From the NCBI GenBank assembly GCA_046754465.1, contig JBHHVU010000001.1, positions 32,001 to 96,000 of the forward strand: a stretch of DNA of 64,000 nucleotides. The letters are read 5' to 3'. Every line of letters starts with the position of its first letter. Position 1 is the stretch's first letter. Positions 28,270 through 38,840 of the stretch are shown here, one piece after another. Below the pieces are notes generated by a model. It saw only the letters and a list, made by a program, of their open reading frames with translations. It was not told the origin of the DNA and did not search any database. The stretch is from Nitrospinaceae bacterium (GTDB taxonomy: Bacteria; Nitrospinota; Nitrospinia; Nitrospinales; VA-1). A program made the translations under genes and the position numbers.

Positions 28270-31200
28270 ATGGCGTTTTTCTCCAAATTAATGCGATCGA
28301 CGAAACCGCGGGACCCCAAAGCGGAACCGCCCGGTGGAAATTATTCCCTTTCTCCAGATATAGAAAAAATCACTTCTTTGATGGACGCGCCCCCTCCCTC
28401 CGAGGATCATTCCATCGTCCTGGAAACCGGGGAAGTTCAGACCGGCCCAAAATTTTCAGAACGGCGCGGCAACGGAAATAAGGGGAAAATTGCCGATACG
28501 CCCGGCCGTGTGGAAACCCTGGCCGGCGAGGGTTCCCCGGCCGTCAATCGGAGACAGGAAGGAAGAAGGGCCTCCGACCGGATCAAACCGATCCTAAACA
28601 AGATACTGTACGGAACGAGCATCATAGGGGTTCTGCCTTCTCTCACCGACGACCTCGTCCATCTCTTTAATTGCGAAACGGCATCGTTCTATTCCGTAGA
28701 CCGTTCCAAACGGCAAATCTATTCCCGGACGATCAAGGATGGACTCAAGGGAGAGTTTCGTCTGGATATATCCATCAAGAGCCTGGCTGGCTTTTGCGCT
28801 GCCACCGGGAAAACCCTGAACGTGGGCAATCCCTACTCCAAAAAAGAACTCAAAAGCTATCATCCTGATCTGTCTCATGACGCGGCCTGGGACCGATTGA
28901 CTCAAACCCAGACGCGATCGGCGCTGGTCGTCGCCCTGCCCTTTAACAAAAGGTTGATGGGGGTTCTGGAATTACTGAATAAGGTCGGCGAAGAGAAATT
29001 CACCGAAGGGGATGTCCGGCAGGCCAGGGAACTCTCGAGCACCCTGGGTCATGCTCTGGTCAAACTGGAGCTCGAGGAAATCGAACAAAAACTCCAGGCC
29101 ACCACCCACGCGATTCATTCCGCAAAGAATATCGACGAGATTCTCCTCGAACTGAAAGAACCCATCCTGGAACTGTTCAACGCCAATCTGATCACCATCT
29201 ACGCGGTGGACCCCAAAAAAAAGGAAATTTACTCCAAAATAAAATCGGGAACCTCCATCAATGAAATCCGGGTTCCTATCTCTCCCAAGAGCATTTCCGG
29301 ATGCGTGGCCCTGGAAAAAAGACCCGTAACCCTGGCGGATGTCTACAATGCGGAGGAGCTGCAAAATTATCATCCGGATTTGGTCTTCGACAGTTCCTGG
29401 GATAAAAAAACCGGGCTGCACACGAAGTCCATGCTGGTTTACCCGCTGATTCACGGGGACCAGCTCATGGGAGTTTTACAGCTGGTCAATAAAAACGAGG
29501 GGAACCAGTTCACTTCCTTTGACGAAAAAAATGCCAAGAAAATTTCCCAGACCCTGGCGCTGGCCCTGTTCAACCAGAAAAAAGCAGCCCGTAAAAAACC
29601 CACCAAATTCGGGTACCTGGTCGAGAACGAAATGCTGACGCAGGAGGAATTGAATGAGGCTGTTCTCAAGGCCCGGAAAAGCAACATGGACATCGAGGAC
29701 ATTCTTCTCGGCAAGTTGAATTTAAGGCGCAAGGATGTGGGGAAGTCGCTGGAAATTTTTTACAACCTCCCGTATACGGGATACACCGATTCGCTCATTC
29801 TTCCGGAACAAATTTTCGCCGGTTTGAACAAAAACTATCTCACCCGAAACAACTGGGTTCCGTTGCAAAACACCATGAACCAAGTGGTGATCCTGATCGA
29901 CGACCCCTCCGATCAGCTCAAGGTCCGCAACATCAAGATGATCTTCCCCAAAAAGAAGGTGGAATTCCAAGTAGGATTGAAGGCCGACATACGGGACTTC
30001 CTCAATTCCGTCCTGACGGAAGATTCGGGACCGATCGAAGAACCCAAAACGGAAGCCATGTCGGCGCTGCTGGACGCCCTGGAGGATGAGGCGGAAACCA
30101 GCCTGGAAACGGGACAATATGAAGACGAGGCCGTCAATGCCATCAGTGAAACCGACAGCACGATTGTCCGCCTCGTCAACAAAATTCTTACCGATGCCTA
30201 TGATCAAGGGATTTCCGACATCCACATCGAACCGGGAGGGAGCAAAAAGGACGTTAAAGTTCGGTTTCGCAAAGACGGAATCTGCAGTGTGTATCAGGAA
30301 ATCCCTTTTCTTTACAAACAGGCCATCATATCCCGGATCAAAATCATGGCCCGTCTGGACATCGCGGAAAGAAGGATGCCCCAGGACGGTAAGATCAAAA
30401 TGCGCTACGGTAGGAAGGAAATCGAGTACCGGGTGGCCACTTGCCCGACGGTCGGCGGAAACGAGGATGCGGTGCTGCGTATTCTTGCCTCCAGCAAACC
30501 CATCCCGCTGGAACAAATGTTTTTTTCGGACCGCAACCTTGAAATGATAAAGAATGCCATCACCAAACCCTTTGGCCTCATTCTGGTGGTCGGTCCCACC
30601 GGCTCGGGGAAAACCACCACCCTGCATTCCTGCCTGGGCCACATCAACACACCGGAAAGAAAAATTTGGACCGCAGAGGATCCCGTAGAAATCACCCAGG
30701 AAGGATTGCGACAGGTCCAGATGCTGGACAAAATCGGATTGAATTTCGCCCGTGCCATGCGGTCCTTTCTTCGGGGCGATCCCGACGTCATCATGGTGGG
30801 GGAAATGCGCGATCAGGAAACCGCGGCCATCGGCCTGGAAGCCTCGCTCACCGGTCACCTGGTTTTCAGCACCCTGCACACCAATTCCGCTCCCGAAACC
30901 ATCACACGCCTGCTGGATATGGGAATGAACCCCCTGAATTTTGCCGACGCCCTGTTGCTCATCGCGGCCCAGAGATTGGTTCGAACCCTCTGCAATCAAT
31001 GCAAAAAGGGCTACCATCCCAGCCGGGAAGAGTTCGATACCCTGGTCAATGAATACGGCAAAAAAGATTTCGACAAACTGGGGATGCAATACAGTAAGGA
31101 TCTGATTCTGAAAAAACCGATGGGCTGCAAGGCCTGCGGCGATTCCGGATATTCAGGGCGAATGGCTCTCCACGAACTGCTTCACGGGTCTTCCGAAATC

Positions 31201-31350
31201 AAACGGAAAATCATGCGGAAATCCATGGTGGACGAACTTCGGATCCAAGCCATACAGGACGGAATGGTCACCCTCAAGCAGGATGGCATCCAGAAAATTT
31301 TTATGGGCTATTGCGATCTCAAACAGGTCTTGTCGGTCTGCATCGTCTGA
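28270..31350 (+). CDS. GspE/PilB family secretion/pilus ATPase with two N-terminal GAF domains
   Basis: Two GAF repeats (..GVLxLxNK...F...D), SDIHIEP, GPTGSGKTT, EDPVE, DPDVIMVGEMRD, TGHLVFSTLHTN, CxxC..CxxC. Confidence 0.93.
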   Translation: MAFFSKLMRSTKPRDPKAEPPGGNYSLSPDIEKITSLMDAPPPSEDHSIVLETGEVQTGPKFSERRGNGNKGKIADTPGRVETLAGEGSPAVNRRQEGRRASDRIKPILNKILYGTSIIGVLPSLTDDLVHLFNCETASFYSVDRSKRQIYSRTIKDGLKGEFRLDISIKSLAGFCAATGKTLNVGNPYSKKELKSYHPDLSHDAAWDRLTQTQTRSALVVALPFNKRLMGVLELLNKVGEEKFTEGDVRQARELSSTLGHALVKLELEEIEQKLQATTHAIHSAKNIDEILLELKEPILELFNANLITIYAVDPKKKEIYSKIKSGTSINEIRVPISPKSISGCVALEKRPVTLADVYNAEELQNYHPDLVFDSSWDKKTGLHTKSMLVYPLIHGDQLMGVLQLVNKNEGNQFTSFDEKNAKKISQTLALALFNQKKAARKKPTKFGYLVENEMLTQEELNEAVLKARKSNMDIEDILLGKLNLRRKDVGKSLEIFYNLPYTGYTDSLILPEQIFAGLNKNYLTRNNWVPLQNTMNQVVILIDDPSDQLKVRNIKMIFPKKKVEFQVGLKADIRDFLNSVLTEDSGPIEEPKTEAMSALLDALEDEAETSLETGQYEDEAVNAISETDSTIVRLVNKILTDAYDQGISDIHIEPGGSKKDVKVRFRKDGICSVYQEIPFLYKQAIISRIKIMARLDIAERRMPQDGKIKMRYGRKEIEYRVATCPTVGGNEDAVLRILASSKPIPLEQMFFSDRNLEMIKNAITKPFGLILVVGPTGSGKTTTLHSCLGHINTPERKIWTAEDPVEITQEGLRQVQMLDKIGLNFARAMRSFLRGDPDVIMVGEMRDQETAAIGLEASLTGHLVFSTLHTNSAPETITRLLDMGMNPLNFADALLLIAAQRLVRTLCNQCKKGYHPSREEFDTLVNEYGKKDFDKLGMQYSKDLILKKPMGCKACGDSGYSGRMALHELLHGSSEIKRKIMRKSMVDELRIQAIQDGMVTLKQDGIQKIFMGYCDLKQVLSVCIV

Positions 31351-31623
31351 CCCCGGAAATTCCCCCCCCGGGCCGCCGGTGCTTTCAAACGGTCTCCTTC
31401 CTGATAAAAATCTATTTTTCCCACCCATTTGAAATAAGAAGGGCCTTTCTGAAAAGTGCAGGAAAAATGATTTTTCATTCCATTATTTCCCCCAAAACGC
31501 TCAAAAATATGGTATTAACTACACAAACAATCCACAAAATCCGAAAGACCACGCGCTGGTTGCGGGCGCTTTTCAACATCTCAATGCCGTTGAGACGGTT
31601 TGGTCCACGGATAACGCATTGAT

Positions 31624-34059
31624 ATGGGCAGCATGCCACAGGTTCCCTCTGAAGAAAACACGGATGTAAACGTTGAACTGGAATCTTCAACCTCCCAGGG
31701 ATCGAGCATGGACCGAAACGATTCATCACTGAAATCCCAACCCGAAAATATCAAGCGGAATTTAGAGCGCGAAGGCCGGCTGCACAACCTTTCGCAGGCC
31801 ATCCACTCCATTAAGAACCTGGATGAAATTCTGCTGGATCTTCAGAAACCGTTGCAGGAAATTTTCGAGGCCGAATCCGCGGCCGTCTATGTCATCGATC
31901 CCGGCGGGAATGAAATCTATTCCAAATTCAAAATGGGAGATTCCCTGCGTGAAATAAGGTTTTCCATGGATCCTTCCAGTATCGCGGGGTTTGCCGCCCG
32001 GGAAAAAAGGCTGATCAATATCATCAATGTGAATGACCCCGACGAGTTGAACAAATACCACCCCGGCCTTCGATTCAACGATGCCCGGGACGCTCAAACC
32101 CAAACCCGCACCGTCTCCCTGCTGACCCTTCCCCTGCTTCATGAAAGCGGGCTGATGGGGGTGCTTCAATTGATCAACAAGAAAAACAAGGACGGATTTA
32201 ACGGGTGGGATGAAAACAATGCCTTCATTCTCACGGAGACCCTGGCCCAGGCCATTAAAAATCTGGGGAATACTATCGAGCCCGTTTCCAGCCCATATTC
32301 TTTTTTGATTCAAAACGGATTTTTAACACCGGATGAACTGGCCAAGACCCGGGCTCAATCCAACAAAACCGGGAAAGAGATCGAAGACCTGTTGATCAAC
32401 GATTTGTACCTGAGCCCGCTTCATGTGGGGAAATCGCTGGAAAGTTTTTTTAACGTCCCCTATGTGGGGTACGATGAATCCCTCGTCCTGCCCAGGGCGA
32501 AAGATCTGGGACTGGAAATCGATTCTCTCCGGGGACAGAACTGGGTTCCCCTGAAATATGACGAAACCGAGGTGATCGTTCTTATCGATGACCCTTCCGA
32601 TCCAATCCGGATAGAAAAAATCGGCAAAATGTTTCCAGAGAAAGAGATTCAGGTCCGGGTGGGTTTAAAACGGGATATCAAAAACTATATCAACTCATTT
32701 TTCGAGGTGGAACGGGTGCCGCAATCACAGGAGACTGAAATTCCGAGCACGGAAACTAAAATCCCGGATGAAACGGATCATCTGGATGCCCTTGTCGAAC
32801 CCGAAAGCAGCGAACCCACTTTCCATGCGGCCGCGGAAACCACTCCCACGGCGGAAAGCCTGTTCGAAGAAATCATTTCCATCGCCATCAAACAGGGCGT
32901 TTCCGATATCCATATCGAACCGGGAATGGAAGGCCGGAATATTCTGGTTCGGCTCAGGAAGGAAGGGGCCATCCGGGTTTTCGAGGAAATACCCGCCACG
33001 TTTCAAAAGGATATTGTCGCGCATATCAAAAAACTGGCCCATCTGGATCTCTCAATAACGAAACTGCCTCAAAAAGGCAAACTGGAAAAAATCCATGGTC
33101 CCAACAGATTCGAACTCCAGGTCGTTGTATTTCCCACCATCGGGGACATAGAAGACACCATGATCCGGGTCGTCCGGGTCGGCAAGCCCGTCCCCTGCTA
33201 CAACCCGGTGGACCAACTGGGATTTTCCGAACCCAACCTGGATAAAATCCTAACCCGGCTGCATACGCCAAAGGGACTTGTTCTCGTGGTGGGTCCCCCG
33301 GGAGCCGGGAAAACCACTTCTCTTCATTCCTTCATCGGTCATATCAACACTCCCGACAAAAAAATCCTGGCGGCCGAAGACCCCGTGGAAATCGTGCAGC
33401 AGGGAATGCGGCAAATCCAGATCGACAACGAAGTGGGCTTGAACTATGCCTGTGCCCTGGAGACTTTCATGATCGGGAACCCGGATGTCATCCTGGCTGG
33501 GGAGATCACCGACGCGAAGGCCTTTGAATTGTGCCTGGAAGCCGCCGGCCAGCATCTGGTCTTCAGCGCCTTGAACGCCAATTCCGCGCTGGACGCAGTT
33601 CGACAAATGCGGGAAATGGATCTCGATCAGGCCCGGCTGGCCGAGGTCATGGTGTTGATCGTAGCCCAGAAACTGGTACCCTCCCTCTGCCCCCATTGCA
33701 AGGAGGATACCCATCCGTCGCGGGAGGAATTCGATACCCTGGTCAAATTTTACAGCGAAAAATATTTTTACGAGTTGGGCATCGAATATAGCGAAAACCT
33801 GCGTCTGAAAAAGGCGGTGGGGTGCAAACAATGCATCTTTTCCGGTTATTCCGAAGGGATCCCCCTAAGTGAAGTCCTGGAACGGTCCCCCGCCCTCACC
33901 CCCTTGATCGCCAATAAAGCGCCGATGGAGGAAATTCGTTACCAGGTCATCAAGGATGGGATGATGACGTTGAATCAGGATGGCATTTACAAGGTATTAA
34001 AGGGAGATTGCGATTTCAAGAAAATCCAGGCGGCGTTTTTCCCGGGGGTGGAAGGCTAA
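31624..34059 (+). CDS. GspE/PilB-like paralog with one GAF domain and degenerate catalytic motifs
   Basis: GAF, SDIHIEP, GPPGAGKTT, EDPVE, but NPDVILAGEITD and QHLVFSALNAN. Confidence 0.88.
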   Translation: MGSMPQVPSEENTDVNVELESSTSQGSSMDRNDSSLKSQPENIKRNLEREGRLHNLSQAIHSIKNLDEILLDLQKPLQEIFEAESAAVYVIDPGGNEIYSKFKMGDSLREIRFSMDPSSIAGFAAREKRLINIINVNDPDELNKYHPGLRFNDARDAQTQTRTVSLLTLPLLHESGLMGVLQLINKKNKDGFNGWDENNAFILTETLAQAIKNLGNTIEPVSSPYSFLIQNGFLTPDELAKTRAQSNKTGKEIEDLLINDLYLSPLHVGKSLESFFNVPYVGYDESLVLPRAKDLGLEIDSLRGQNWVPLKYDETEVIVLIDDPSDPIRIEKIGKMFPEKEIQVRVGLKRDIKNYINSFFEVERVPQSQETEIPSTETKIPDETDHLDALVEPESSEPTFHAAAETTPTAESLFEEIISIAIKQGVSDIHIEPGMEGRNILVRLRKEGAIRVFEEIPATFQKDIVAHIKKLAHLDLSITKLPQKGKLEKIHGPNRFELQVVVFPTIGDIEDTMIRVVRVGKPVPCYNPVDQLGFSEPNLDKILTRLHTPKGLVLVVGPPGAGKTTSLHSFIGHINTPDKKILAAEDPVEIVQQGMRQIQIDNEVGLNYACALETFMIGNPDVILAGEITDAKAFELCLEAAGQHLVFSALNANSALDAVRQMREMDLDQARLAEVMVLIVAQKLVPSLCPHCKEDTHPSREEFDTLVKFYSEKYFYELGIEYSENLRLKKAVGCKQCIFSGYSEGIPLSEVLERSPALTPLIANKAPMEEIRYQVIKDGMMTLNQDGIYKVLKGDCDFKKIQAAFFPGVEG

Positions 34060-35402
34060 ACAGCGGAGTCAACCGGTTCCCCCAAGGTCTCCATCCAGCG
34101 GGATAAATTTTCCAAGGCGCCCTCGACGATTTTCCGGTTTCTCACCTTTTTATCCCGAATCCCCATCTCCTTCACCAAAAACAGGCCAAAATTAATGTTC
34201 ATAGGCTGGTAAGCCGTGGGGCGCTGGGTCGTGACGTAATTATGCAGCGACCCCATCGCCGTTTCCATGGGCGGGGGAAGGAATTTTTCCCCTTTCAGTT
34301 TTTTGATCGCGCTCAAACCGGCCAGCAATCCCATCGTGGCGGATTCGACATAACCTTCCACCCCCACGATCTGGCCCGCGAAAAAGATTCCCGGGCGGTG
34401 TTTTAGATCCAGATCCCGGCTGAGCAGGCTGGGTGCGTTAATGAAGGTGTTGCGGTGAATGGCCCCGTAACGGAAAAATTCCGCCCTCTCCAAACCCGGG
34501 ATCATCGTGAACACTCTTTTCTGTTCGGGATAGGTCAACTTGGTCTGGAACCCGACCAGGTTATAGGCGGTTCCCTCCTTATTTTCCCGCCGCAGCTGAA
34601 CCACGGCGTGCGCCCGTTTCCCGGTTTCGGGATGCAGCAAACCGACGGGTTTGAGGGCGCCGAAAGCCAGGGTTTTTTCTCCCCGGGCGGCCAATTCCTC
34701 GATCGGCATGCACCCCTCGAAATAGATGGGCTTTTCAAAGGACGCGAAAGGGACCTTTTCGGCGTGAACCAGCTCGTGAACCAGGTTCTGATATTGCTCC
34801 CGATTCATGGGGCAATTCAAATAATCATCGCTCCCCTTGTTGTACCGGGAAGCAAAAAACGTTTTGCTGGTGTCGATGGTATTGGCATCGACGATGGGGG
34901 ATAGGGCGTCGTAAAAATAAAGGTATTTCTGGCCGATGAGTTCGGAAATCCGGCTCGAGAGCCGGGGGGATGTGAGGGGCCCCGTGCAAATGATCACCGG
35001 CCCCTGTTCCGGAATCTCGATCTTCTCTTCCCGTTTCAAGGTGATATTGGGATGTTCGATGATTTTCCGGGTGATCTCGCGCGAAAATAGGTCCCGGTCC
35101 ACCGCAAGCGCGGCCCCTGCGGGCACGGCATTTTTGTCCGCCGCGGCGATCACCAGGGAATTGAATTTTCTCAATTCCTCCTTCAAAAGATAGGGGGCGG
35201 TGTGGGGGTGGTTATTTCCCAGGGAGTTGCTGCAAACCAGTTCGGCGCATTGGTCGGTTTTATGCACCGGTGTAGGAGTACGGGAACGCATCTCGTACAA
35301 AACAACAGGCACACCTCTTTCGGCCGCCTGCCAGGCCGCTTCGGAACCGGCCAGCCCCCCTCCGATGATGGTCAAATAATTATTCACGGTAACGGGCCTC
35401 AA
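34056..35402 (-). CDS. trmFO: Folate/FAD-dependent tRNA (uracil-54) methyltransferase
   Basis: GGGLAGSEAAWQ, AELVCSNS, YFYDALSP, GQIVGVEGYVES, QPMNINFG. Confidence 0.96.
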   Translation of the reverse strand: MRPVTVNNYLTIIGGGLAGSEAAWQAAERGVPVVLYEMRSRTPTPVHKTDQCAELVCSNSLGNNHPHTAPYLLKEELRKFNSLVIAAADKNAVPAGAALAVDRDLFSREITRKIIEHPNITLKREEKIEIPEQGPVIICTGPLTSPRLSSRISELIGQKYLYFYDALSPIVDANTIDTSKTFFASRYNKGSDDYLNCPMNREQYQNLVHELVHAEKVPFASFEKPIYFEGCMPIEELAARGEKTLAFGALKPVGLLHPETGKRAHAVVQLRRENKEGTAYNLVGFQTKLTYPEQKRVFTMIPGLERAEFFRYGAIHRNTFINAPSLLSRDLDLKHRPGIFFAGQIVGVEGYVESATMGLLAGLSAIKKLKGEKFLPPPMETAMGSLHNYVTTQRPTAYQPMNINFGLFLVKEMGIRDKKVRNRKIVEGALENLSRWMETLGEPVDSAV

Positions 35403-37651
35403 GCGGCCGCGTGTGCTTTTTTAAATCCGCATTTCGGGCATACGATGGACAGCGTCTTGTCTTTTTTCCATTTTTCGACCATGAACGGGTGGCTGCATTC
35501 GGGACATGCTTCCCCGACGGGTTTTTCCCAGGAAACGAACTTGCATTTGGGATACTGGTTGCAGCCATAAAAGGTTCTGCCCTTTTTCGTCCTTCGCGGA
35601 GATATCTCTCCTTTACACCCCTCTTCGGGACAAGCGATTCCCAGCCCGATGGGTTTGGTAAACTTGCATTCAGGATACTTGGAGCAGGCGATGAATTTAC
35701 CAAACCGCCCGCGTTTCATGATCAGGGGCGCGCCGCATTGTTCGCAGTCGCCTTCCACTTCCTCCACCGCCCCGCCGTTGTCACCGGATGAATCATCGCC
35801 AAGATCCCGCGTATTCTTGCAATCGGGATATCCCGAGCAGGCCATGAATTTTCCAAACCGGCCCCACTTGATGATCATGGGCTTGGCGCATTTTTCACAG
35901 ATCTCGTCGGTTTCCTCGACCTGGCTTTTAATATCCTTCATTTTCTTTTCCGCCTGTTCCAGATCGACCTTAAAAGGATCGTAAAAGGCTTTGAGGGCAT
36001 TCACCCAGTTCATCTTCCCATCTTCGATTTCGTCCAACTGGTCTTCCATTTTGGCGGTGAATTCGGTATTCATGATGTCGGGAAAATTTTCCACCAGCAT
36101 GTCAGAAACCAGAAACCCCAGTTCCGAGGGATGCAGCCTTCGCTCCTTCGACCGGATATAATCCCGGTCCTTGATCACGCTGATGATGGACGCGTAGGTG
36201 CTGGGCCGTCCCACTCCTTTTTCTTCCAACTCCTTCACCAGCATGGCTTCGGTATACCGGGGCGGCGGTTGGGTAAAATGCTGTTCGGGAAGAATTTTGG
36301 ACAGGTTCAAGACCTCCCCAGCTTCGAGTGGGGGCAGAAGACGGTCGGTTTTCCCCTGCCCATTTTGGGAGGTCTCCTCGGTATCCTCCACATACACCTT
36401 CATGAACCCGGCGAATTTCAGAATGGACCCGTTGGCCCGGAAAAGGTATTGCCCGGTTTCGATATCGAACGAAGTCGTATCCATGACCGCGGGGACCATC
36501 TGGCAAGACACGAACCGGGACCAGATCAATTGATACAAATTGAACGTGTCCTTTTCCAAATATTCCTTGAGGTCCTTGGGATCCAGCATGACATCGGTCG
36601 GCCGGATGGCTTCGTGCGCATCCTGGGCGGATTTCTTACTCTTATAATAGTTGGGCGATTCAGGAAGATATTCTTTCCCAAACCGCGAGGGGATCAATTT
36701 TCGAACTTCATCCAGAGCCTCGGAAGAAAGCCGGACGGAATCGGTCCGCATGTACGTGATCAGTCCCACGGTTCCCCGGGCGCCCAGGGACAGCCCTTCG
36801 TACAGTTTCTGGGCCAGCATCATGGTCTTTTTAGGGGAAAAATTCAGTTTCCGGGAAGCTTCCTGCTGCAGGGTGCTGGTGATGAACGGGGCTGCGGGGT
36901 AGCGTTTCCTTTCCTTCTTTTCAACCTTTTTCAGGACAGGACGGGAACCTTCAACATCCTTTACAATCCTGTCGGCTCCTTCCTGGTTGGAAACTTCCGC
37001 CTTCTGTCCGCCAATTTTAAATAATTTTGCCTCGAAGGGCGGTGGAACCCGGCCCTCCAGATCCAAGGTGATGGACCAGTATTCTTTAGGCTGAAATTTT
37101 TGGATTTCTTTTTCCCGGTCGCAAACCATGCGGAGAGCGACCGATTGCACCCTTCCCGCGCTCAAGCCGCGGTGGATTTTTTTCCACAAAAGGGGACTGA
37201 TTTTATAGCCGACCAGGCGGTCGAGGATTCTCCGGGCCTGCTGGGCGTTTACTTTGTTCAGATTCAGCTGGGTCGGGTTTTTCAAGGCTTCCTTCACGGC
37301 CTTTTTGGTGATCTCGTTAAAAGTAATCCGGAAAATTTCCCCCTGGCTGAATCGGGCTACCTCGTTTCCGATGTGGTGGGCGATGGCCTCGCCCTCCCGG
37401 TCCGGGTCGGGAGCGAGATAAATCTTTTCCGCTTTTTTGGCCGCGGCCTTCAATTCGCTGAGAATTTTTCCCTTGCCCCGGATCGTGATGTATTCGGGAG
37501 CAAAGTCATTATCCACATCCACCCCCAGTTTCTTTTTCGGAAGATCCTTGAGATGACCCACCGAGGCTTTGATGACAAAATCTTTCCCGACAATCTTCTT
37601 CAGGGTATTTACTTTGGTGGGTGACTCTACGATCAACAACGATTTACCCAT
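35399..37651 (-). CDS. topA: DNA topoisomerase I
   Basis: LIVESP, DPDREGEAI, SAGRVQS, LITYMRTDS, AHEAIRPT, C-terminal Zn ribbons. Confidence 0.98.
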   Translation of the reverse strand: MGKSLLIVESPTKVNTLKKIVGKDFVIKASVGHLKDLPKKKLGVDVDNDFAPEYITIRGKGKILSELKAAAKKAEKIYLAPDPDREGEAIAHHIGNEVARFSQGEIFRITFNEITKKAVKEALKNPTQLNLNKVNAQQARRILDRLVGYKISPLLWKKIHRGLSAGRVQSVALRMVCDREKEIQKFQPKEYWSITLDLEGRVPPPFEAKLFKIGGQKAEVSNQEGADRIVKDVEGSRPVLKKVEKKERKRYPAAPFITSTLQQEASRKLNFSPKKTMMLAQKLYEGLSLGARGTVGLITYMRTDSVRLSSEALDEVRKLIPSRFGKEYLPESPNYYKSKKSAQDAHEAIRPTDVMLDPKDLKEYLEKDTFNLYQLIWSRFVSCQMVPAVMDTTSFDIETGQYLFRANGSILKFAGFMKVYVEDTEETSQNGQGKTDRLLPPLEAGEVLNLSKILPEQHFTQPPPRYTEAMLVKELEEKGVGRPSTYASIISVIKDRDYIRSKERRLHPSELGFLVSDMLVENFPDIMNTEFTAKMEDQLDEIEDGKMNWVNALKAFYDPFKVDLEQAEKKMKDIKSQVEETDEICEKCAKPMIIKWGRFGKFMACSGYPDCKNTRDLGDDSSGDNGGAVEEVEGDCEQCGAPLIMKRGRFGKFIACSKYPECKFTKPIGLGIACPEEGCKGEISPRRTKKGRTFYGCNQYPKCKFVSWEKPVGEACPECSHPFMVEKWKKDKTLSIVCPKCGFKKAHAAA

Positions 37652-37666
37652 AACACCTCGCTTCCG

Positions 37667-38776
37667 CTAGTTGTCGCTACAGTTGGCGATAAACATTTTG
37701 CCATCCATTTGTCTGACCAAGCCTCGCAATTCCAACTCAACCAGTGTAGCCGAAACTTCCGCCGGTGACAATCGGCTGTTTTCGATGAGGCTGTCGATAT
37801 GTTTTTCCTCGTGGATCAAAAGAGAGATGATCCGGCGTTCCTTATCGGAAAGGTCCGGGGAAATCCTTACTTCGGAGCCTGCCCTTTTTTTGAGCCGGGC
37901 TCGAACGGATTCGGGCAATTCCTCAAGAATGGATTCGGGACCCTCCACCAGCTTGGCCCCCGCCTGGATCAAACCGTTGGTTCCCCGGCTTCCGGGAGCG
38001 GTGATGTTGCCGGGAACCGCAAAGACCTCCCTCCCCTGTTCGAGCGCAAACTGCGTGGTGATCAAAGCGCCGCTCTTTTCCCCCGCCTCAACGACCAGCG
38101 TGCCGTAAGACAGGCCGCTGATGATCCGGTTCCTCGCCGGAAAATTGTTTCGTTCCGGGCGCATCGTGACGGGAAATTCCGAAACGATCGTTCCGTTTTC
38201 CAAGATCTTTTCCCGCAAACGCCGATTCTCCGGCGGATAAGTATGGGACAAACCACATCCGAATACCGCCACGGTGGTTCCCCCAAACTCCATCGCGGCC
38301 CGGTGAGCCACGGTGTCAATGCCCCGGGCCATTCCGCTGACAATGCAAACGCCTATCGATGCCATGCGTCCGCAAATCCTTTCGGTCACGATCCTGCCAT
38401 AATGGCTGACCGACCGGGTACCCACCACCGCCAGGGGCACGGGGTACTGATCCAAACGCTTGCCCTGACAATACAGAACCGGGGGCGGATCATAGATCGA
38501 CTTGAGCAGCTCGGGATATTCCGGACTTTCAAGGGTAACAATACGCAAGCCCAGTTTTTCCACCAGGCGGAACTCTCTATCCACATTTCTATCGACATCG
38601 AACTGGAGAATTTCAGCAGCGATCTTTTCTCCAATGCCCCCGACCCTCCTCAACTCGCCAGGACTGGACCGGAAAACACGGTCCGGGGAACCCATGGAAT
38701 TCACCAGGCGGTGAAACAGGGTCTTCCCTACCCCCAGAACCATATTCAATGCAACCCAGTGCCTTGTCCTGTCCAT
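37667..38776 (-). CDS. dprA: DNA-processing protein DprA
   Basis: IYDPPPVL, AVVGTR, SGMARGID, FPARNRIISGLS, VVEA..SGALIT. Confidence 0.96.
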   Translation of the reverse strand: MDRTRHWVALNMVLGVGKTLFHRLVNSMGSPDRVFRSSPGELRRVGGIGEKIAAEILQFDVDRNVDREFRLVEKLGLRIVTLESPEYPELLKSIYDPPPVLYCQGKRLDQYPVPLAVVGTRSVSHYGRIVTERICGRMASIGVCIVSGMARGIDTVAHRAAMEFGGTTVAVFGCGLSHTYPPENRRLREKILENGTIVSEFPVTMRPERNNFPARNRIISGLSYGTLVVEAGEKSGALITTQFALEQGREVFAVPGNITAPGSRGTNGLIQAGAKLVEGPESILEELPESVRARLKKRAGSEVRISPDLSDKERRIISLLIHEEKHIDSLIENSRLSPAEVSATLVELELRGLVRQMDGKMFIANCSDN

Positions 38777-38840
38777 GGAGTCTTGTGGATGAGCCGGAAT
38801 TTGAACCCTTTCCGGAGAATTCCGGTTCCGGATTTTCCCG

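Noticed and set aside
29722..31089. Long antisense or alternate-frame ORFs (this one, 45511-46893, 61461-62672, 22001-23104, 23827-24957 and similar)
   Set aside because: Shadows of well-supported genes on the opposite strand, with no recognisable motifs
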